Both the position numbers and the translations under genes were made by a program. Of a stretch of DNA of 64,000 bases, positions 12,621 through 23,800 are shown in pieces. The stretch is from Macrostomum lignano (Eukaryota): assembly GCA_002269645.1 (NCBI GenBank), contig NIVC01001332.1, forward strand, positions 221,196 to 285,195, read 5' to 3'. The notes under the pieces were generated by a model that had not been told where the DNA came from, searched no databases, and saw nothing but the letters and a program-made list of their open reading frames with translations. Numbering within the stretch: the stretch's first letter is position 1; each line of letters begins with the position of its first letter.

Positions 12621-13414
12621 TTCAGGTTTTACTGTCCTCTTTTAGAAAGCGAAATTCCGGCCATGCAGGTCGTATTTTTTGTGACAGTAAAAAACAGAGA
12701 GGTGTTCCTGGAAACAACAATGTTGATTCTGTCCTCTCGTCCACTTTATACGCGACAGTCTGAATTTGGCGATTAAGGGGATGAAAGAATGGAAAATTGA
12801 AATTAGAAATCGGATTTTAGGATCAAATAGCAGCTTATTAGGTAATTTATAAATTAATTAGTCTAATTAGACCAACCGTCTCAAAGTTTAATTTCCGCAT
12901 AAAAAGCGAAATCCCAGCCTACTAATCCCCTTGCAAGAGACAAGGAAGCCTAGCAACGAAACTGAGACAAAGAAGAAACCTTTTTGACTTCAAGTACCGC
13001 CGTTTTTATTAAACCGAAGGCAACTCAAACAAATTAATTAATTATTATTAGGAAATATCGACAGCTATAGTGGATAACACATTACAATACGATTCTCGAA
13101 CTGTTTTCTTTTCTTTAACGTGTATAAACTAGTAATAATTACCCTACGTTTTATAAAGTACATTTTGGTGTCACTAAAGTTTCAGCTACCGGAACTCTGA
13201 GGCAAAATCAATTTCTAAAGACAAAAAATAATTGAAACAGGTTCAACTAAAGTAATTAAACAGTAGATAATGAATGTGCCAATAAATATCACCTGTAATC
13301 GGATAGCAAATAGTAATAACCATTGAGATGTGGATCAGGGTAAATAAACAATAGGGAGATTACATGTAAGGATATGGTTTCTGGGGTGAGACAAAAATGG
13401 GGAGATTAATTATG

Positions 13415-14090
13415 GGATTGTGGAGAAGATTAGAGATGGGGATTCTGGTAAGAGGGAGAATGGAGATAAGAGATGGGGATTCTGGGAAGAAGGGAGAATG
13501 GGGATTAGAGATGGGGATTCTGGGAAGAAGGGAGAATGGGGATTAGAGATGGGGATTCTGGGAGGAAGGGAGAATGGGGATTAGAGATGGGGATTCTGGG
13601 AGGAAGGGAGAATGGGGATTAGAGATGGGGATTCTGGGAGGAAGGGAGAATGGGGATTAGAGATGGGGATTCTGGGAAGAAGGGAGAATGGGGATAAGAG
13701 ATGGGGATTCTGGGAGGAAGGGAGAATGGGGATAAAAGATGGGGATTTTGGGAAGGAAGAATGGGGAGATCAGATATGGGGATTCTGGGAGGAAGGGAGA
13801 ATGGGGATAAAAGATAAGGATTCTAAGAAGAAGGGAGAAATGGGGATAAGAGATGGGGATTCTGGGAAGAAGGGAGAATGGGGAGATTAGAGATGGGGAT
13901 TTTGGGAAGAAGGGAGAATAGGGAGATTAGATATGGGGATTCTGGGAGGAAGGGAGAATGGGGAGATTAGATACGGGGATTCTGGGAGGGAGAATGGGGA
14001 GATTAGATACGGGGATTCTGGGAGGAAGGGGGAATGGGGAGATTAGATACGGGGATTCTGGGAGGAAGGGAGAATGGGGATTAGAGATGG
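13415..14090. repeat. ~38-bp purine-rich minisatellite (GGGAGAATGGGGATTAGAGATGGGGATTCTGGGAGGAA)
   Basis: Direct tandem units visible. Confidence 0.9.
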
Positions 14091-14812
14091 TTGATTGTAG
14101 GCACAGATGCTTCGGTAGAAGTGAAGTCAAAGAAGCATGTACAGAAAAATCAAGGCTAGGCATTCATGCCTCCAGAAGCAAAAGAAAAAAACCAATAAAG
14201 CACGCTAACGATTCTCATTAAAAATCGTTTGCAGTTGAAAAAAGTGCATAATGCACTTTAACATATACGCGAATGTTCCCTGTTTGATCTTCAGTTCTTG
14301 CCTAGCAACTAACTAGGAGATTTAGCTATTAAAGCAAATCAGCGACAATGTGCATACTATTATATATAAGCAATAAAATTGCAATAGAGTTAAAAAGCAA
14401 AAAGATGGAAAAAGAAGACTTAATGAATAAAAACAGGAACTAAATATCAGGCCAAGATGCCGCCCTCATCACAGGCTAATCATACAATAAGTTAACCAAC
14501 TAATGCCCATGAACACCCACACACAAATATTTATCGATATATTAATTAGGACAGGTAATTAACAATAAAACTACGTAAATAACAGATTTCTAGGATTTAA
14601 AAGCTACAGGAATTCCATGCCTGAAAATAAGTCTGCAGCTTATAATGGATTAAAACAAGTCTGAAATATTATAAGCTACAGACTTAAACAGGATTTATAC
14701 TTTACAGATATTCTGCTTGTAGCACTCGAAACTTTAACACTAAAAAAATCGCCATAGGTGTTGATTAAAACAACACAGGCCGGATCGGCTTTGCACCCTC
14801 AGGTCAGGAGAG

Positions 14813-17800
14813 TTATTTTGCTTTCTTCTTGGTAGCGACATCTTCTTCTAGGAGAGTTCTCAGATCGGCCAGAGCCTTCACGATGGTTCCGCCGAAACGC
14901 TTTGAGTCCTGCGAGATAGATTAGCAATCCATTTTATTCTAACTCAACTATATATGATTGGCTAGATTAGCAATCCATTCTATTCCAATTCAACTATATA
15001 TGATTGGCTAGATTAGCAATCCATTTATTCCAATTCAACTATATATGATTGGCTAGATTAGCAATCCATTCTATTCCAATTCAACTATATATGATTGGCT
15101 AGATTAGCAATCCATTCTATTCCAATTCATCTATATATGATTGGCTAGATTAGCAATCCATTCTATTCCAATTCAACTATATATGATTGGCTAGATTAGC
15201 AATCCATTCTATTCCAATTCATGTATATATGATTGGCTAGATTAGCAATCCATTCTATTCCAATTCAACTATATATGATTGGCTAGATTAGCAATCCATT
15301 CTATTCCAATTCAACTATATATGATTGGCTAGATTAGCAATCCATTCTATTCCAAGTTATCTATATATTACAGGCTAGATTAGCAATCCATTTATTCCAA
15401 TTTATCTATATATGATTGGCTAGACTAGCAATCCATTCCATTCGATATTTAAGCAGCAAAAGCTACACGAACCGTCTTGTCGCAGCTGACGCGACTGCTG
15501 ACGTGAAAGAAGACGGTGTTCTCCCCAGCAATGATGTAGGACACACCATAGCCGTCCTGAGACACGGGCCCGAAGCCGCCGCCAGCGCTCAAAAAGTCGG
15601 GATGCTTCTCCAAGTCCAGCACGTTAGTCTGTCCGTGCGGAGTCTGCGAGGTGGACAGCTTCCACTGGCAGTGCAGCGCCTTCTCCAGGAAAGGCGACTG
15701 GATCTTGCAGTACTTGGACACCACGTACAGGGTAAACAGGTGCCGGTCCACGCCTTTGCCAGTCATGGCGTCCCGGTACATTGTCTGGTGCTTCTCCGAG
15801 GCTTGCCGGAGCAGGCGGACAACTTCCTCATTCTGGAAAAAAACAGCGATTGGGTTAGGCGGGGTCACGTGACCTCTGCTGGGCCGGATTGGTTGAACGA
15901 TACGAACCCCTATTGGATAAATAAGACGCGGTCACGTGACCTCTGCTGGGCCGGACTGTTATGGCCCACCCTATCAATTCATTTATAAATTTTAGGGGGA
16001 GCTCTATTAAGCTTGCACGATCAAAAGTACCTTGTCTTGATCGAGGAGAAAAAATGCACACTTTTTATATTGCTGCCTTTTTATTCGATACCCCTTTTCG
16101 TATTTCAGAGCCAGTGAATAATGTGTCAGTAGTGTAATTAGATTTTTGCACTAATTAAATTTAGAAAACATTTTCCTTTACTTACTTCTGTAAGTAGTGT
16201 AATTAGATTGTCTCCCTAATTAAATTTAGACAACATTTTGCTTTACTTTCTTCTGTAAGTAGTGTAATTCGTTTTTTCTCACTAATTTAAATAATTTGAA
16301 TTCAAGGTTACATTTTACTTTACTTTTTACTGTCAGTAATGTAATTCGATTACTAACTAATTAAGTTTAGGCTACATTTTACTTTACTTTCTTCTGTCAG
16401 CAGTGTAATTAGATATTCTTACTAATTGACTTTAGGCTGCATTTTAATTCCCTCTCTACAGTCAGTAGTGTAATTAGATTCACACTAATTAAGTTTAGGC
16501 TACATTTTACTGTACTTTCTACTGTCAGTAGCCTATCGAGAACCAGTTGCACAGCGCCGCAGGTGAAACTCACGCTAGCGCCGCTTTCCATAGCGCGAAC
16601 AAACGCGCACGACTCGTTGGTGCAGGACCGGACGGTCTCCGTGCGGCCCTCCTTGAACAGCCGGGTCATGGAGGCCTCGTAGGTCAGGCAGAACTCGCCG
16701 CCGCTGTCCCTGAAGTACGCCAGCTGCAGGGCCAGCTGGATGAACGCGTCGGGGCTCATCGAGCAGCGCTTCATGGCGCCTTTGCCGAACTGCCGGTGGA
16801 CGACCAGGTGAAGGTCGACGTCGTTCAGCAGGTCGGTGGCAACCCGAAGCTGGCTGGCAATGACGGAGCGACAGGCGTCGTTGAGGTCCCACTGCAGGCG
16901 GATGGGGTTGGGCACGTTGTTGCGCGTCTGACCGCGGCAGTGACCGTTGGACCGGTAGCTGTGGGAGCGCAGCAATTCAATGATGATGCTGATTGATAAG
17001 ATTCAAAGTACGAGGGCTACTTTTAGATAAGTTTCGAATGTTGAAAAAGTTTTGCAAATCATTTTCGGTAAGCTGACAAAATATCGAGCTTGTGAAAGCG
17101 ACCGCAGTTCAATGGTTATTCATAGGATTTTTATGTGGGGGGACAAAGCCAAGAACTCAGCATATACTCGTACATGTACATGACTAAACTCCTACATGTC
17201 TAGTATTTTAAGAATCGGTGTTGTCAGCGCTCATTTTGGCGCCGCAGGCACTCATTTTGGCGCCTCAGGGATTCCTTTTGGCGCCGCAGGCACTCATTTT
17301 GGCGCCTCAGGGATTCCTTTTGGCGCCGCAGGCACTCATTTTGGCGCCTCAGGGATTCCTTTTAGCACCGCAGGCACTTATTTTAGCGCCGCAGGCACTC
17401 ATTTTAGCACCGCAGGCACTCATTTTAGCACCGCAGGCACTCATTTTAGCACCACAGGCACTTATTTTAGCACCGCAGGCACTCATTTTAGCACCGCAGG
17501 CACTCATTTTAGCACCACAGGCACTTATTTTAGCACCGCAGGCACTCATTTTAGCACCGCAGGCACTCATTTTAGCACCGCAGGCACTCATTTTAGCACC
17601 ACAGGCACTTATTTTAGCACCACAGGCACTTATTTTAGCACCGCAGGCACTCATTTTAGCACCGCAGGCACTCATTTTAGCACCGCAGGCACTCATTTTA
17701 GAACCACAGGCACTCATTTTAGCACCGCAGGCACTCATTTTAGCACCGCAGGCACTCATTTTAGCACCGCAGGCACTCATTTTAGCACCGCAGGCACTCA

Positions 17801-20800
17801 TTTTAGCACCACAGGCACTTATTTTAGCACCGCAGGCACTCATTTTAGCACCGCAGGCACTCATTTTAGCACCGCAGGCACTCATTTTAGCACCACAGGC
17901 ACTTATTTTAGCACCACAGGCACTTATTTTAGCACCGCAGGCACTCATTTTAGCACCGCAGGCACTCATTTTAGCACCGCAGGCACTCATTTTAGCACCA
18001 CAGGCACTCATTTTAGCACCGCAGGCACTCATTTTAGCACCGCAGGCACTCATTTTAGCACCGCAGGCACTCATTTTAGCACCGCAGGCACTCATTTTAG
18101 CACCACAGGCACTTATTTTAGCACCGCAGGCACTCATTTTAGCACCGCAGGCACTCATTTTAGCACCGCAGGCACTCATTTTAGCACCACAGGCACTTAT
18201 TTTAGCACCGCAGGCACTCATTTTAGCACCGCAGGCACTCATTTTAGCACCGCAGGCACTCATTTTAGCACCACAGGCACTCATTTTAGCACCGCAGGCA
18301 CTCATTTTAGCACCGCAGGCACTCATTTTAGCACCGCAGGCACTCATTTTAGCGCCGCAGGCACTCATTTTAGCACCACAGGCACTTATTTTAGCACCGC
18401 AGGCACTCATTTTAGCACCGCAGGCACTCATTTTAGCACCGCAGGCACTCATTTTAGCACCGCAGGCACTCATTTTAGCACCACAGGCACTTATTTTAGC
18501 ACCGCAGGCACTCATTTTAGCACCGCAGGCACTCATTTTAGCACCGCAGGCACTCATTTTAGCACCACAGGCACTTATTTTAGCACCGCAGGCACTCATT
18601 TTAGCACCGCAGGCACTCATTTTAGCACCGCAGGCACTCATTTTAGCACCGCAGGCACTTATTTTAGCACCGCAGGCACTCATTTTAGCACCGCAGGCAC
18701 TCATTTTAGCACCGCAGGCACTCATTTTAGCACCGCAGGCACTCATTTTAGCACCACAGGCACTTATTTTAGCACCGCAGGCACTCATTTTAGCACCGCA
18801 GGCACTCATTTTGGCGCTCTGAAGAAAAATTATTGATTACCACCACAACGGGTCACAAGGTGGGGGGGAAACACTGGTATGTACCCCATATCATGTCCTC
18901 CGTAGCCTGATTCATATAATTAGCTAGATTAGCAATCTATTCAATTCCATCCATATGATTGGCTTTTATATTTATTAGAGTCAGGAGTCTGTGTGCACCC
19001 TGGCGCACTTTAAGCGACACTGTCACACAACCGGCGAGAGGCATTACTGCCCATTCCGCCGACTCCCCTGAGCAGGTACACAAGCGCGCGGATACGTGCG
19101 CAGTCAGACGCACAGGCACACACTCACACAGGAGTGTACAGCGGCCCTGACTTTATTTATCGTTAGGCATGTACACTTCACTGTGCCTTGGGGCTTGGCC
19201 CTCAAGACTGTTAATGCACGATCAGAGCCAAGCCTCAAATTAATGTGACTGCACTTGGAATCGAGCCTGGGCCGCTGGCACATCAGAGCGCCGCGCCAGA
19301 CCACCATCGACAATCTTGGCTGCCTTGAAACGCAGACTGCTCGCTGAGAATGTCTATGGCCAAGAGACCATTGATACTGCAATCGCGGCCATAGACAACA
19401 AAGTCAAATCTGTCACTTGTGATTTGTCAAATTGTCAGCTAATAAAAAAACAGAACTCCGGAAAAAAATTAAAAAATCCTTACCAATCTTCGACAATATC
19501 GTAGTTGAACACAACGGCTTCCCACATCTGCGACATCACGGGAGCGTCGGCCCTGAACAGTGAAGGGTAAACCACGTGACACTATACTAGTGATATAAAA
19601 TGATGAAATTAATTTAAATTATTGGACTAAATAACAGCCAACTTACCAGCTGTGCTCGCAGTTGACGCCAACCTGGAAAGATAATAAGAAAACAAATCTT
19701 TTATTTTATCAGTTTTTAATCAATTTTAAAAACACGACACTTCTAAGAAAAGCAATTATTTGAAAAGAAACAATTATAATACGAGCTCGTAGAAAATTAG
19801 GACCGCAGCGCATGCTTTGGCGATTGTCTATGGCCAAAACCGTGTATAGGGAGAGCATTGAATTTAAGACACGGCTAACCATATTCAGCGCATGCTTTGG
19901 CGATTGTCTATGGCCAAAACCGTGTATAGGGAGAGCATTGAATTTAAGACACGGCTAACCATATTCAGCGCATGCTTTGGCGATTGTCTATGGCCAAAAC
20001 CGTGTATAGGGAGAGCATTGAATTTAAGACACGGCCAACCATATTCAGCCCATGCTTTGGCGATTGTCTATGGCCAAAATCGTGTATGGGGAGAGCATTG
20101 AATTTAAGACACGGCCAACCATATTCAGCGCATGCTTTGGCGATTGTCTATGGCCAAAACCGTGTATAGGGAGAGCATTGAATTTAAGACACGGCTAACC
20201 ATATTCAGCGCATGCTTTGGCGATTGTCTATGGCCAAAACCGTGTATAGGGAGAGCATTGAATTTAAGACACGGCCAACCATATTCAGCCCATGCTTTGG
20301 CGATTGTCTATGGCCAAAACCGTGTATGGGGAGAGCATTGAATTTAAGACACGGCCAACCATATTCAGCCCATGCTTTGGCGATTGTCTATGGCCAAAAC
20401 CGTGTATGGGGAGAGCATTGAATTTAAGACACGGCCAACCATATTCAGCCCATGCTTTGGCGATTGTCTATGGCCAAAACCGTGTATGGGGAGAGCATTG
20501 AATTTAAGACACGGCCAACCATATTCAGCCCATGCTTTGGCGATTGTCTATGGCCAAAACCGTGTATGGGGAGAGCATTGAATTAGGACACGGCCAACCA
20601 TATTCAGCCCATGCTTTGGCGATTGTCTATGGCAAAAATCGTGTATGGGGAGAGCATTGAATTTAAGACACGGCCAACCATATTCAGCCCATGCTTTGGC
20701 GATTGTCTATGGCCAACACCGTGTATGGGGAGAGCATTGAATTTAGGACACGGCCAACCATATTCAGCCCATGCTTTGGCGATTGTCTATGGCCAAAACC

Positions 20801-23800
20801 GTGTATGGGGAGAGCATTGAATTAGGACACGGCCAACCATATTCAGCCCATGCTTTGGCGATTGTCTATGGCCAAAATCGTGTATGGGGAGAGCATTGAA
20901 TTAGGACACGGCCAACCATATTCAGCCCATGCTTTGGCGATTGTCTATGGCCAAAACCGTGTATGGGGAGAGCATTGAATTTAGGACACGGCCAACCATA
21001 TTCAGCCCATGCTTTGGCGATTGTCTATGGCCAAAACCGTGTATGGGGAGAGCATTGAATTAGGACACGGCCAACCATATTCAGCCCATGCTTTGGCGAT
21101 TGTCTATGGCCAAAATCGTGTATGGGGAGAGCATTGAATTTAAGACACGGCTAACCATATTCAGCCCATGCTTTGGCGATTGTCTATGGCCAACACCGTG
21201 TATGGGGAGAGCATTGAATTTAGGACACGGCCAACCATATTCAGCCCATGCTTTGGCGATTGTCTATGGCCAAAACCGTGTATGGGGAGAGCATTGAATT
21301 TAGGACACGGCCAACCATATTCAGCCCATGCTTTGGCGATTGTCTATGGCCAACACCGTGTATGGGGAGAGCATTGAATTTAGGACACGGCCAACCATAT
21401 TCAGCCCATGCTTTGGCGATTGTCTATGGCCAAAACCGTGTATGGGGAGAGCATTGAATTTAGGACACGGCCAACCATATTCAGCCCATGCTTTGGCGAT
21501 TGTCTATGGCCAAAACCGTGTATGGGGAGAGCATTGAATTTAGGACACGGCCAACCATATTCAGCCCATGCTTTGGCGATTGTCTATGGCCAAAACCGTG
21601 TATGGGGAGAGCATTGAATTTAAGACACGGCCAACCATATTCAGCCCATGCTTTGGCGATTGTCTATGGCCAAAACCGTGTATGGGGAGAGCATTGAATT
21701 TAAGACACGGCCAACCATATTCAGCCCATGCTTTGGCGATTGTCTATGGCCAAAATCGTGTATGGGGAGAGCATTGAATTTAAGACACGGCCAACCATAT
21801 TCAGCCCATGCTTTGGCGATTGTCTATGGCCAAAACCGTGTATGGGGGAGCATTGAAGCTAAGCATTGAATTTTGTCTTAGAAAGAATTTTTGAATTCCT
21901 AAATAAAAAGTGAAAAATTCTATATAAGTATATATTTCAATAATTCAATACAGATTGGGATTAATGGGTGGTTTTTGTTTTAATTCTCTTAAGGGAGAAG
22001 TTTTTTATTTTATTCATTTATTTAGCTTGAGCAGTATATATTGTATCAAAGCTTTGTTAGTTTATTACTGCAAATTCTCCATAGCACTAGCTAGATGGCT
22101 TACATTTTTAATGCAAGAGAAGACAATAACAGGTTGGATGTTTGGCAAGGATAGGTAAGAGACATGTCATTTGTGGGTCAAGGATAGGTCATTAACAGCT
22201 GGTCAGATGTGGGTCAAGGATAGGTCAGTTAAAGCTGGTCAGATGTGGGTCAAGAATAGGTCAGTAAAAGCTGGTCAGATGTGGGTCAAGGATAGGTCAG
22301 TAACAGGTCAGATGTGGGTCAAGGATAGGTCAGTAACAGCTGGTCATTTGTGGGTCAAGGATAGGTCATTAACAGCTGGTCAGATGTGGGTCAAGGATAG
22401 GTCAGTTAAAGCTGGTCAGATGTGGGTCAAGAATAGGTCAGTAAAAGCTGGTCAGATGTGGGTCAAGGATAGGTCAGTAACAGGTCAGATGTGGGTCAAG
22501 GATAGGTCAGTAACAGCTGGTCAGATGTGGGTCAAGGATAGGTCAGTAACAGCTGGTCAGATGTGGGTCAAGGATAGGTCAGTAAAAGCTGGTCAGATGT
22601 GGGTCAAGGATAGGTCAGTAAAAGCTGGTCAGATGTGGGTCAAGGATAGGTCAGTAACAGGTCAGATGTGGGTCAAGGATAGGTCAGTAACAGCTGGTCA
22701 GATGTGGGTCAAGGATAGGTCAGTAACAGGTCAGATGTGGGTCAAGGATAGGTCAGTAACAGCTGGTCAGATGTGGGTCAAGGATAGGTCAGTAACAGGT
22801 CAGATGTGGGTCAAGGATAGGTCAGTAACAGCTGGTCAGATGTGGGTCAAGGATAGGTCAGTAACAGCTGGTCAGATGTGGGTCAAAGATAGGTCAGTAA
22901 TGAACCCAACTTGGTAACTAAGCGCTTACCCGTCCATTGGCGAACACGATCAACGAGAAGGACTTGTCGAACCAGCGGTTCCGCCCGTTGCCATGCAGCA
23001 AGCTCTTGGCGAAGTGGTCCAGCTTCGAGTCGTCCTTGGGATCGTAGTCGGCTTCTTCATCGTCCAGCACAAGGACGAACGCCGCCCGCTCCACAGCGTC
23101 CAGACTGGTCTTGTTGACGCCTCGCCTAAAGAAGTCTTTGCGGGCTCGAGCCCAGACCTTCCGCTCGCCTGCCGTCAGGGCCGCCAGCTCCGCCTCGCCT
23201 GGCGCAGGCGGCGACTTGTCGTCAACGATGCGCTGGAACTGCGCCTCCAGCTCGCACGGCTCCAGCCAGCGGTTGCCGTAGTGGAAGTACACCTTGTAGA
23301 ATCGGCCAGAGTGGAACACGGCAATGTGCCGCGTGTCGTTCAGGTGCATCAGGTAGTCGCGCTCCTCGCCTTTGGGTCGGTGAGAAATTAGCGTGGGTTA
23401 GTGGAGGGTTACTGGCGACAAGATCAAAGAGCCGGTAAGTTCAAATTAAGCGGTAAGATCAAATGAGGCCGCATGATCAAAGGAGGCGGTAAGATAAAAG
23501 AGAACGGTAATAAGGAGGTGGTAAGATCAAAGACGGCGGTAAGATAAAATGAAGCAGCATCTGTCACGCCATTGCTGTTGCTTACCCACCAACCCCCTTT
23601 CGAGAGGCTGTATATACTATCTTAAATCTGCTTAATAAATTTTATTAATTCGGGCAGAGGCTATGAAATTCTTCTCCAAACTTGTCCGTGATTAAAACGA
23701 AAAATAATACACCCTCTGGCTTTATGCTGAAGAAAACTTTAATCCTGCATACGGATTTCGTCCATAGCGACCTTTTTAACGTTCACATCAGCCCGGGCGT

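Noticed and set aside
17196-18836. 486-546 aa repeat ORFs
   Set aside because: Open in three frames because a stop-free 21-bp unit is repeated; intronic.
19807-21855. CRISPR-like regular array
   Set aside because: The whole 80-bp unit repeats with no unique spacers, there are no cas genes, and it lies in a eukaryotic intron.
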